Source: Dehalococcoidia bacterium
Lineage (GTDB): Bacteria; Chloroflexota; Dehalococcoidia; Dehalococcoidales; BS750m-G39
Assembly: GCA_030616265.1 (NCBI GenBank)
Contig: JAUWXS010000001.1
Span: 1-34,565 of the forward strand
Length of the DNA: 34,565 bases
Reading direction: 5' to 3'
The position numbers and the translations under genes were made by a program. The first letter of the stretch is position 1; the number at the start of each line of letters is the position of its first letter. A model generated the notes under the pieces. It was not told the DNA's origin, made no database searches, and saw only the letters and a list, made by a program, of their open reading frames with translations. Shown in pieces: positions 16,578 to 24,973 of this stretch.

Positions 16578-17174
16578 ATGGCTGAACTACAAAGAGTCGG
16601 CGAGGTAATCGAAGCCGGCACCACCGCTTTTACCGCCCAGTGCTACGAGCTATACCAGATTCCGCCGCTGGGCAGCCTGGTCAAGACCGGCGATTCGGCC
16701 ACCGAGCTCTACGGCATCGTCTATAACGCCGCCACCACCAGCCTGGAACCGGGGCGCCGCCCTATCGCCCGCGGCAGGGACGAAACCAGCGAGGAGGCAA
16801 TCTACCGCTCGTCTCCGCAGCTGACCAAACTGCTCAGGAGCGAATTCGGGGCGGTGGTGGTGGGGCACAAGCAAGGTGATAAGCTCTATCATCACCTGCC
16901 CCCCCAGCCCGCCCGCATCCATAGCTTCGTCTATCAGTGCACCCTAACCGAGGTTATGGAGTTCGGGCAGTCCTTCGACTTTCTGAACATACTGATTAAC
17001 GCTAATTTGCCCGTTCCCGCCGAGGAGCTGGTCAGCGCCTCGTTGCGCCAGATGAGCCGGGCGCATAAAGACCCCCGCGCCTTCCTGGTGGCGGCGGGCA
17101 AGGAATTAGCCATCTTGCTCAGCGGCAACCTCAACCAGCTCAAAGCCATACTGGGGAGGATTACACCGCTATGA
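16578..17174 (+). CDS. hypothetical protein with a HerA-N-terminal-like (HAS-barrel-like) pattern and no ATPase domain
   Basis: 198 aa. VGEVIEAGTTAFTAQC...LGSLVKTGDSATELYGIVYNA...PARIHSFVYQCTLTEVMEF parallels HerA residues LGIVVSGSLGKGVEVKL...VGRFVTIEGAKRRFFGMISEV...PSHFSVVNLASERDVELVF. The stop overlaps the next gene (ATGA). Confidence 0.55.
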   Translation: MAELQRVGEVIEAGTTAFTAQCYELYQIPPLGSLVKTGDSATELYGIVYNAATTSLEPGRRPIARGRDETSEEAIYRSSPQLTKLLRSEFGAVVVGHKQGDKLYHHLPPQPARIHSFVYQCTLTEVMEFGQSFDFLNILINANLPVPAEELVSASLRQMSRAHKDPRAFLVAAGKELAILLSGNLNQLKAILGRITPL

Positions 17175-18016
17175 AACCTGAGGAATTCTATGTCGCTCAT
17201 GGCATCATGACTGACCCGGATGAGTACGGGTCACTCTTCGATGGCCTGCCTGATGAGATTCCATCACTCTGTAAAATCTTGCAGGGCTTGATACTGCACG
17301 TGCACTGGGCGGAACGCTACGGTGTAAAGCTGTCCGAAGAACGCCGGAACGAGTGCAATTTGCGGAAAGTCTCGCGGCAACTTAGACGCATTATTAATCT
17401 TAATGATTCGCCACTATCTACCGCCCGCTCGCTGGAAAGCAAAGTGGTGGGTAACTGCCGCGATTTCTCCGTCCTTCTGACCGCCATCTTGAGGCGTAAA
17501 GGCATACCGGCCCGCGCCCGTTGTGGATTCGGCACATATTTTACTCCGAATTACCATGAAGACCACTGGGTCTGCCAGTACTGGAACGCTGATAAAAAAA
17601 GATGGGTGATGGTCGATGCGCAGATTGATGATTTCCAGCGCAGGGCACTTAACATCACCTTCGACACATGTGATGTGCGCGAAGGACTGTTCTTACCTGC
17701 TGGCAAAGCTTGGCTGATGTGCCGCGCCGGTAAAGCCGACCCGGAATCATTCGGGATTTTCGACATGCACGGCATGTGGTTCATCATTGGCAATCTGGTG
17801 CGTGACCTGCTTTCTCTGAATAAGATAGAACTTCTGCCATGGGACCAATGGAACCTCATGATAGATGATAAACAACTGGACATTCCCCCAGAGGATATAG
17901 AACTGCTGGATAGAATCGCTACGGTGACGCAGGGAATAAATCCGGACTTATCCGAAGTGCGTTCCAGTTATGAAAATGAAGAGAGATTACGTACGCCGAT
18001 TGGCTGGGAACCATGA
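17171..18016 (+). CDS. transglutaminase-like superfamily (Cys-His-Asp) protein, cytoplasmic
   Basis: 281 aa. The classical core is VVGNCRDFSVLLTAILRRKGIPARARCGFG...HEDHWVCQYWNADKKRWVMVDAQ. No signal peptide is present. Confidence 0.8.
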   Translation: MKPEEFYVAHGIMTDPDEYGSLFDGLPDEIPSLCKILQGLILHVHWAERYGVKLSEERRNECNLRKVSRQLRRIINLNDSPLSTARSLESKVVGNCRDFSVLLTAILRRKGIPARARCGFGTYFTPNYHEDHWVCQYWNADKKRWVMVDAQIDDFQRRALNITFDTCDVREGLFLPAGKAWLMCRAGKADPESFGIFDMHGMWFIIGNLVRDLLSLNKIELLPWDQWNLMIDDKQLDIPPEDIELLDRIATVTQGINPDLSEVRSSYENEERLRTPIGWEP

Positions 18017-18037
18017 AAATAACAGGAGAATTAAATA

Positions 18038-19648
18038 GTGAATTTAGAAAATAGCCAGCGCCTGGGCATCGTCGTCTCCGGCTCACTGGGCAAGGGAGTC
18101 GAGGTCAAGCTGGATAGCTCCGCTTCCATCGAGGATATGGCGGTGGGGCGCTTCGTCACCATCGAGGGGGCAAAGCGGCGCTTCTTCGGCATGATAAGCG
18201 AGGTCAGCCTAGGGGTGACCGACCAGAAGCTCTCCCTCACCCCACCCGACGTCTCCGACCCCTTTATCGCCGAGGTCTTGGCGGGCACCAGCACCTTCGG
18301 CACATTGCACGTTACCCCCACCCTGGTCATCGGCGGCGATGCCGACAGCCTGCTCGAAGGACCCCAACCGGTAAAGACCGTTCCCAGCCACTTCTCCGTG
18401 GTCAATCTAGCCTCGGAGAGGGATGTGGAGCTGGTCTTCGGCACCGAGGATGAAAAGAGGTTCTTTATCGGCAACCCGCTGGAAATGGAGACCAAGCTCT
18501 GCCTCGACCTGGAGGAGTTCGTCAAGCGCTCCAACGGCATCTTCGGCAAGAGCGGCACGGGCAAGACCTTTCTTACCCGCATCCTGCTCATCGGCATGCT
18601 GCAAAAGAGCCAGGCGGTCAACCTGGTCTTCGATATGCATAACGAATACGGCTGGGAAGGCAGCAGCGAAGGCTTCACCAAGAAAGTTAAAGGCTTAAAG
18701 CAATGGGGGCAGGCAAAGGTAGCCATCTTTACTCTTGATAAAGAAAACTCCAATACGCGCAAAGTCCCCACCGACTTCACCATACAGATTGGCTATGATG
18801 AAATTACCCCCGAGGATATCTCCGTACTGCGCTCCACCCTTAATATAACCGACCTCGCTGTGGAAGCTGCCTATCAACTTCGGCGAAGGCTAGGTAAAAG
18901 CTGGCTACGCCAGACGCAGGAACTCAGCGACGAAGAACTTAAAGACGAGCTCAAAGACACTAACATTCACGAGAGCTCTTTACAGAGTCTGAAACGCGGC
19001 CTCGGCGTCATCGAGCGACTCGGCTTTGTCGTGCCGCAGGCTCCAGAGGATGCCGTCAAACATATTCTTAATCACCTTGACCGCGGCGTCAGCGTTGTCC
19101 TTGAATTCGGGCGCTACCGCGAAATCAGCGCCTACATGCTCGTGGCCAACATGCTCTCCCGCCGCATCTACGCTCAATACCAAGAGAGGTCTGAAAAGGC
19201 GAGGGCTAACGATACTGCCCTACCACAACCCCTGGTCATTACCATCGAGGAAGCCCACAAGTTCCTCAACCCCGAGGTCGCCAGCCAGACCATCTTCGGC
19301 ACCATCGCCCGCGAGATGAGAAAGTACAACGTCACCCTGCTGGTGATCGACCAGAGGCCCAGCGGCATTGACAGCGAGGTTATGTCGCAGATGGGGACCA
19401 AGATAACCTGCCTGCTGGATAACGAGCGCGATATCGACAGCGTGCTTGCTGGCGTATCGGGTAGAGCCGAGCTTAAATCGGTTTTAGCCAAGCTCGCCGC
19501 CAAACAGCAGGCGCTCGTCTTCGGGCACGCCGTGCCCATGCCGGTGGCTTTTCGGCCCCGTGAATACGGCTCGGCGGAGTCCTACCGCGAGTTTGCCGTC
19601 AGAGGCAAAGCCGAATCAGAAAAAGACATCGAAAAGCTGTGGGAGTAA
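18038..19648 (+). CDS. herA: HerA-type (FtsK-HerA superfamily, DUF87) hexameric ATPase/translocase
   Basis: 536 aa with a GTG start. It has an N-terminal HAS-barrel pattern. Walker A is GKSGTGKTFLT, Walker B is LVITIEEAHKFLN and LLVIDQRPSGID is present. Confidence 0.85.
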   Translation: MNLENSQRLGIVVSGSLGKGVEVKLDSSASIEDMAVGRFVTIEGAKRRFFGMISEVSLGVTDQKLSLTPPDVSDPFIAEVLAGTSTFGTLHVTPTLVIGGDADSLLEGPQPVKTVPSHFSVVNLASERDVELVFGTEDEKRFFIGNPLEMETKLCLDLEEFVKRSNGIFGKSGTGKTFLTRILLIGMLQKSQAVNLVFDMHNEYGWEGSSEGFTKKVKGLKQWGQAKVAIFTLDKENSNTRKVPTDFTIQIGYDEITPEDISVLRSTLNITDLAVEAAYQLRRRLGKSWLRQTQELSDEELKDELKDTNIHESSLQSLKRGLGVIERLGFVVPQAPEDAVKHILNHLDRGVSVVLEFGRYREISAYMLVANMLSRRIYAQYQERSEKARANDTALPQPLVITIEEAHKFLNPEVASQTIFGTIAREMRKYNVTLLVIDQRPSGIDSEVMSQMGTKITCLLDNERDIDSVLAGVSGRAELKSVLAKLAAKQQALVFGHAVPMPVAFRPREYGSAESYREFAVRGKAESEKDIEKLWE

Positions 19649-19657
19649 AAACCCGGC

Positions 19658-20287
19658 CTAGAGCGCTTCCAGGCCCCGCACCACATCGTTGAGGTCGTCA
19701 AAGGGCTTACACTTCAGCTTCTTCTCCTTGCAGGCGTCGAGCAGCCCATCACAGGCGAAGACGTGCTGGGCCAGAGCCGCCGGAAAGATATCAGAAGGGC
19801 CGTTCCCAATACATACCACCTGGTAGCCCTGCTTGATGAATAACTTGGTATAAGCTTCTTTGAAACCCTTCTTTAAGGCCGTGCCCTCGGGGCCGATATA
19901 CTGCACCTCAAGCCCGTCGGGGGTGAACTTGGTCTGGGCGGCATAGACCTCAATATTACCCAGGCCGACATCTTCCAGAATTTCCTTTATATAGAAATCG
20001 AGCCCGTTGCTGACCACTAAAAAGCGAAAGCCCCTATCCTGGCAATAGTTCACCAGGTTACGCAGCCCCTCACGCAGCTTAACATCTTCCCGGGCGACCC
20101 GCAGCAGCTCGTCGCGGCTGGCTTTGACCATGGCAAAGGCCTTGGTATTGAAATCGCCCACCGTCATCTTACTCTGCCGGTACTGCTGGTACAGTTTTCG
20201 CCAGTCGCCCTGGGCAAAAGCATCCAGCAGGGCAAAGCTGACATCTTCTTCGGTAAGGGTGCCGTCAAAATCGCTCTGAATAATCAT
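19658..20287 (-). CDS. HAD-superfamily phosphatase, subfamily IB (PSPase/MtnX-like)
   Basis: 209 aa. HAD motif I is IIQSDFDGTLT, motif II is VVSNG and motif IV is CIGNGPSD. Confidence 0.75.
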   Translation of the reverse strand: MIIQSDFDGTLTEEDVSFALLDAFAQGDWRKLYQQYRQSKMTVGDFNTKAFAMVKASRDELLRVAREDVKLREGLRNLVNYCQDRGFRFLVVSNGLDFYIKEILEDVGLGNIEVYAAQTKFTPDGLEVQYIGPEGTALKKGFKEAYTKLFIKQGYQVVCIGNGPSDIFPAALAQHVFACDGLLDACKEKKLKCKPFDDLNDVVRGLEAL

Positions 20288-20402
20288 AGCTCGAAATTAA
20301 ACCTGAATATAAAGCAGGTGCTACTAGAGCAGGATTATACTTAAATTTGAGCCACATTTCAAGGCTCTGGTTTTATGTCGGCATTTCAGGCGTCGTCTGC
20401 CA

Positions 20403-20432
20403 TTGACAGTTAAACACCATACAGTTTAGTAT
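20403..20432 (+). promoter_or_regulatory. candidate promoter for the acyl-CoA ligase cluster
   Basis: TTGACA (20403-20408), 18 nt, TAGTAT (20427-20432). It lies about 65 nt upstream of the ATG at 20498, which has a strong AGGAGGG RBS. Confidence 0.3.
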
Positions 20433-20497
20433 GTTGCTAGTCTTTTCAGCCTGGGGCAAAGTATACCGTCGTCGCCATTATCTAGGAGGGACACGCT

Positions 20498-22099
20498 ATG
20501 CCAAAGCGCCTTTCGCTCAAGGAGTTATCACGCTACAATGTCGGCACCTGGGCCGATATAATCTATAGAAATGCCCTTCTCTACCCCAACCAAGAAGCCT
20601 TCGTCTACGGAGACACCAGGATAACCTTCGCCGATTTTAATACCAGGATAAACAAGCTGATTCATGCCCTGCACAAGATGGGGGTGAAGAAGGGGGATGT
20701 GCTGGGTATTCTATCCTGGAGCTGCCTGCAGTTCGCCGAGGTCTACGGGCTGACCATGAAGGGGGGCTTTATCGCCTCGCCGTTTAACCCCCGCCTGAGA
20801 GAGGATGATCTGGAGTATATCATCAACTACTCCGAGGCCAACACCATCTTTGTCGGGCAAGAACTATTAGAAGTGGCCAATTCCTTAAAGAAGCGTCTGC
20901 CCAAGGTCAAAAATTTCATCTCCCTGGAGACGGCCGCCCCGGGCATGACCGCCTATGACGACTTGCTGGCATCAAACCCCGGGGAAGAGCCCGATATTCA
21001 GCTAGATGAGGACGACCCCGTCTGCATTATCTATACCAGCGGCACCACCGGTGTCCCCCGCGGCGCCCTCTACACCCAGCGCCGCTTCATAGAGGACTCC
21101 AAGATACTGGTCATAGATATGGGACTGCAAACGGGACACAGGCGAGTCCAGATAACGCCTCTGTTTCATATTGCTGGCAATACCCATTTTCGTTCTTCAC
21201 TCTACACCGCAGGGTGCAATATTATCGTCAAGTTCTTTGACGCCGCCGAAACGCTGGAGATTATCCAGAGGGAGAAAGCCACCCACATGGACTTCGTGCC
21301 CACCCACCTGGCGGCGATGCTCAATCTGCCCGACCTTGATAAGTATGACATCAGCTCGATGAAGTTCCTCTGGTACGGCGCCTCGCCCATGCCCCTGGAG
21401 GTATTAAAGAAGGGGATGAAGGTCTTCGGGCCTATTTTCGCCCAGGGCTACGGGCAGAGCGAGAGCGGGCCCGCCATCTCCCACCTCTCCAAAGAAGACC
21501 ACAACGTGCTGGACAGACCGGCCAAGGAACAGAAGAAACTCTCATCGGCGGGCAGACCTGATATCGGGGTGCAGGTCAAAATTATTGGTGAAAAAGGCAA
21601 GGATGTCGGGCCAGGCGAAGTGGGCGAGATAGCGGTGCGCAGCAAGCAGACCATGGTTGAATACTGGAAAAAACCCGAAGAGACCAAGGCTACCCTCGTT
21701 AACGGCTGGCTGCACACCGGCGATATGGGCTACTACGATGAGGAGGGCTATATCTACATCGCCGACCGCAAGAAGGACATGATTATCACCGGCGGGGAGA
21801 ATGTCTACCCCAGAGAGGTAGAAGAGGTCCTCTACCGCCACCCGGCGGTCCTGGAGGCGGCCGTCATCGGCGTCCCCGACGAATACTGGGTGGAAAGGGT
21901 GCACGCCGTAGTCACCACCAAGAAGGGCGCAAAAGCTACCGCCGAGGAGATTATCGCCTTCTGCAAAAAGAACATCGCTGGTTACAAGACGCCGAAGTCG
22001 ATTGAGTTTGTCGATGCCCTGCCCAAGAACCCTGCTGGCAAGATTCTGAAGCGCGAGCTTAGGGATAAGTACTGGAAGGGGACACAGAAAAAGAGCTAA
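20498..22099 (+). CDS. AMP-forming acyl-CoA synthetase/ligase (ANL superfamily)
   Basis: 533 aa. The AMP-binding motif is IIYTSGTTGVPRGA. Other ANL motifs are GYGQSE, TGDMGYYDEEGYIYIADRKKDMIITGGENVYPREVE and a C-terminal PKNPAGKILKREL. Confidence 0.88.
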   Translation: MPKRLSLKELSRYNVGTWADIIYRNALLYPNQEAFVYGDTRITFADFNTRINKLIHALHKMGVKKGDVLGILSWSCLQFAEVYGLTMKGGFIASPFNPRLREDDLEYIINYSEANTIFVGQELLEVANSLKKRLPKVKNFISLETAAPGMTAYDDLLASNPGEEPDIQLDEDDPVCIIYTSGTTGVPRGALYTQRRFIEDSKILVIDMGLQTGHRRVQITPLFHIAGNTHFRSSLYTAGCNIIVKFFDAAETLEIIQREKATHMDFVPTHLAAMLNLPDLDKYDISSMKFLWYGASPMPLEVLKKGMKVFGPIFAQGYGQSESGPAISHLSKEDHNVLDRPAKEQKKLSSAGRPDIGVQVKIIGEKGKDVGPGEVGEIAVRSKQTMVEYWKKPEETKATLVNGWLHTGDMGYYDEEGYIYIADRKKDMIITGGENVYPREVEEVLYRHPAVLEAAVIGVPDEYWVERVHAVVTTKKGAKATAEEIIAFCKKNIAGYKTPKSIEFVDALPKNPAGKILKRELRDKYWKGTQKKS

Positions 22100-22126
22100 C
22101 CGCCGGCGTTTCTATAGATAGGGACG

Positions 22127-23977
22127 ATGGAAACATACAAGATAAACTTTGAGCCCCTGGGCTTGAGCGGGCGCTGCCGCGCCGATGAGTCTCTTCTGGC
22201 CTGCGCCCACCGCATCGGCATAGGCATTATCAGCCTCTGCGGCGGTAAGGGGAACTGCCAGTCCTGCCGTATGCAGCTACTAGAAGGCACAGCCTCCAAG
22301 CCAACCGCCAGCGAGCTCAAAGCCTACTCCCGCCAGGAAATCAAGGAAGGCTGGCGTCTTGCCTGCCAGAGCTATCCCACCAGCGACGGCAAAGTGGGCC
22401 TGCCCCCCACCTCGCTGACCACCACCCAGCGGGTGCAGACCGAGGGGCAGGAGGTAACCGTCAGCCCCGAGCCGGTGGTTACCCCCTACCAGGTTAAGCT
22501 ATCAACGCCGTCGCTGACCGATGCGCAGGCTGATGCCGCCCGACTGCTCAAAGCCTTAAACCACCAGCACCGCCTGAGCTGTGATAATATCGACATCGGC
22601 GCCCTAAGCCAGCTATCGCCAAAATTGCGTTCCTGGAACTGGCAGTGCCGGGCTTCGGTTCGCGAAGGCGAAGTAATCGCCTTCGGCCCCTGGCCCAGCC
22701 GCCAGCTGGGACTGGCGGTAGACCTGGGTACCTCCAAGATATCGGGCTACCTGGTCGACCTTGATAGCGGGCAGACCCTAGCCGCCCAGGGGGTAAGCAA
22801 TCCCCAAATCAGCTACGGAGAAGACATCATCAGCCGTATCTCTTACGCCACGAAATCGGCGGCTAAAGCAACGCAGCTGCAAAAGCTGGTGGTAAAAGCA
22901 ATAAACCAGTTGGCTAGCGACCTCTGCGCCGAAGCCAAGGCTAAGGTCGGGGATATTGTCGACGCCGTATTAGTGGGCAATACCGCCATGCACCACCTAC
23001 TGGCCGGCCTGCCGGTAAAGCAACTGGCTCTGGCCCCCTTTGTCCCCGCCGTAAGCCGGGCGATAGACATTAAGGCCAGCCACCTGGGACTAAAATTCGC
23101 CCCCGGAGCCTACCTGCACCTGCTGCCCAACATCGCCGCCTTCGTCGGCGCCGACCACACCGCCGTCCTGCTGGCGACGCTGAATGACGAGAACAAAGAG
23201 ACGACCATAGCCATCGACATCGGTACCAATACCGAGGTCTCGCTGATAGATAAAGGTAAGATAACGACCACCTCCTGCGCCTCCGGACCCGCCTTTGAGG
23301 GCTGGCATATCAAGGACGGCATGCGCGCCGCCAGCGGCGCCATAGAACGGCTGCGGATTGTGGATAACAAGGTGCAGTACCAGACCATCGACGACGCGCC
23401 CGCCATCGGCATCTGCGGCTCAGGTATTCTGGACGCTATGGCTCAGCTCTACCTGGCCGGGGTGCTGGGTGAGGGGGGCAAGATGGATGAGAAAAACCCC
23501 CGGGTGCGCGCTAGCGATAAGCACCTGGAGTTCGTGCTCGTCGGCGAAAAGGAGAAAAAAGGGGTGCGCCGGGCTATCGTTATCACCCAGCAGGACGTGC
23601 GGGAACTGCAACTGGCTAAGGCAGCCATCCGCACCGGCATCCAGGTACTCCTGGAAGCCAACGGTTACGGGGACGAGAAAATCCAGAAGGTGATAATTGC
23701 CGGCGCCTTCGGCAGCTATATTGATGTCGCCAACGCCATCGCTATCGGTATGCTGCCGGCGCTACCCCTGGAGCGCTTCCAGCAGGTAGGCAACGCCGCC
23801 GGCACCGGAGCCAGGCTGGCTCTAATCTCCCGCAGCAAGCGAGCCGCCGCCCAGAAGATAGTCTCTGGAATAAAGTATATCGAACTGGCCAACGTTCCCG
23901 GCTTTAATCAGACCTTTATGCAGGCAAGCTATCTGGGCCGGTTCCGGTTGAAAGAGGGTAAGCGAAAGGGGGTTTGA
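22127..23977 (+). CDS. RACo-like reductive activator of corrinoid proteins (2Fe-2S ferredoxin domain plus ASKHA ATPase/DUF4445)
   Basis: 616 aa. The N-terminal plant-type ferredoxin motif is SLCGGKGNCQSCRMQLLEG...RLACQ. The ASKHA phosphate loops are LAVDLGTSKISGY and IAIDIGTNTEV, and GICGSGILD is present. Confidence 0.8.
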   Translation: METYKINFEPLGLSGRCRADESLLACAHRIGIGIISLCGGKGNCQSCRMQLLEGTASKPTASELKAYSRQEIKEGWRLACQSYPTSDGKVGLPPTSLTTTQRVQTEGQEVTVSPEPVVTPYQVKLSTPSLTDAQADAARLLKALNHQHRLSCDNIDIGALSQLSPKLRSWNWQCRASVREGEVIAFGPWPSRQLGLAVDLGTSKISGYLVDLDSGQTLAAQGVSNPQISYGEDIISRISYATKSAAKATQLQKLVVKAINQLASDLCAEAKAKVGDIVDAVLVGNTAMHHLLAGLPVKQLALAPFVPAVSRAIDIKASHLGLKFAPGAYLHLLPNIAAFVGADHTAVLLATLNDENKETTIAIDIGTNTEVSLIDKGKITTTSCASGPAFEGWHIKDGMRAASGAIERLRIVDNKVQYQTIDDAPAIGICGSGILDAMAQLYLAGVLGEGGKMDEKNPRVRASDKHLEFVLVGEKEKKGVRRAIVITQQDVRELQLAKAAIRTGIQVLLEANGYGDEKIQKVIIAGAFGSYIDVANAIAIGMLPALPLERFQQVGNAAGTGARLALISRSKRAAAQKIVSGIKYIELANVPGFNQTFMQASYLGRFRLKEGKRKGV

Positions 23978-23980
23978 GCG

Positions 23981-24835
23981 ATGGAAACCAAGGTATCAAG
24001 CGCCAGCAAAGAGGTAATAATCGGCGGCGAGCGGCCGACGGTGCTTATCGGCGAGCGTATCAACCCTTCGGGCAAGAAGAAACTGGGCGAGGCTCTGAAG
24101 GCGGGAAATCTGGACATTGTGCGCCAGGAAGCTAAGGCTCAAACCGAGGCTGGTGCCGATATCCTTGATGTTAACGTGAACATATTCGGTGCTGACGAAG
24201 TCGACCTGCTGCCCAAGGTAGTCAAGGCGGTGATGGACACCGTAGATATACCCCTCTGTCTGGACAGCGCCAACCCCGAGGCGCTGGAGGCAGCTATCAA
24301 GGTGTATAAGGGAAAGCCGCTGATTAACTCGGTCACCGGCGAAGAACAATCCCTGGCTAAGGTCCTGCCCGTTATCAAAAAACACGGCGCTGCCGTCGTC
24401 GGTCTGGTGCAGGATGACGAAGGCATTCCCCCCACCCCCGAGCGCCGGCTGGCCGTGGCTAATAAAATAGTGAAGCGGGCCGAGAAGATGGGCATCCCCC
24501 GTGAAGATATTGTTATTGATTGTTTGAGCCTAGCGGTGGGCGCCGAAACGACCTCGGGAACGACAGCACTGGGGACGATTCGCTTAATTAAGCAGAAGCT
24601 GGGGGTGAACATGACGCTGGCCGTGAGCAACTTCTCCTTCGGCCTGCCCGACCGCGAGCTACTCAATAACGCTTTCGTAGCCGCATGCATCGCCGCCGGT
24701 GTTACCTGCGTTATCGTTGATGTCAAGAAGGTGCGTCCCGCCGTCCTGGCCGCCGACCTGATTTTAGCTCACGACAAATACGCCCGGCGCTACGTGGAAA
24801 ATTTCCGCCAGCGCCAGCAGCAGGCTGAGAAATAG
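23981..24835 (+). CDS. pterin-binding (DHPS-like TIM barrel) methyltetrahydrofolate:corrinoid methyltransferase family protein (AcsE / MT-II like)
   Basis: 284 aa. The pattern is VLIGERINPSGKKKLGEALKAGNLDIVRQEAKAQTEAGADILDVNV...LCLDS...LINSV...NFSFGLP. The start is 3 nt after the RACo stop. Confidence 0.8.
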   Translation: METKVSSASKEVIIGGERPTVLIGERINPSGKKKLGEALKAGNLDIVRQEAKAQTEAGADILDVNVNIFGADEVDLLPKVVKAVMDTVDIPLCLDSANPEALEAAIKVYKGKPLINSVTGEEQSLAKVLPVIKKHGAAVVGLVQDDEGIPPTPERRLAVANKIVKRAEKMGIPREDIVIDCLSLAVGAETTSGTTALGTIRLIKQKLGVNMTLAVSNFSFGLPDRELLNNAFVAACIAAGVTCVIVDVKKVRPAVLAADLILAHDKYARRYVENFRQRQQQAEK

Positions 24836-24900
24836 CGCCGGCGAGGTTAGCAATATCCGAGCCATCTATGCTATCATAAAGGATAATTATTTTGCCGTTT

Positions 24901-24944
24901 GCCCGCCCCCTGTGTTATCGATAGAACCGGGCTGGGGGGTGGGC
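24901..24944 (+). other. GC-rich stem-loop in the intergenic region
   Basis: GCCCGCCCCC (24901-24910) pairs with GGGGGTGGGC (24935-24944) in 10 bp including one G-U pair. The 24-nt loop contains the palindrome TATCGATA. No U-tract follows. Confidence 0.3.
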
Positions 24945-24973
24945 GTACTTATCAAGAAAAGAAGGAGACAAAG

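Noticed and set aside
18031-18783. A 250-aa minus-strand ORF antisense to herA. Similar long antisense or alternate-frame ORFs occur at 4760-5371, 11554-12009, 12321-12737, 13120-13641, 15920-16432, 24139-24726, 26731-27132 and 32589-33230.
   Set aside because: All lie entirely inside well-supported genes. Their translations are low-complexity and Ser/Arg/Pro/Ala-rich, as expected for the reverse or shifted frames of high-GC coding DNA. They have no recognisable motifs or RBSs.
20375-20413. A 12-codon ORF (MSAFQASSAIDS) and the small hairpin GAGCC-N9-GGCTC followed by TGGTTTT, in the 210-nt spacer upstream of the acyl-CoA ligase. These could be a leader peptide or attenuator.
   Set aside because: There is no RBS. 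The ORF overlaps the best promoter candidate. The stem is only 5 bp. No recognisable riboswitch consensus is present.
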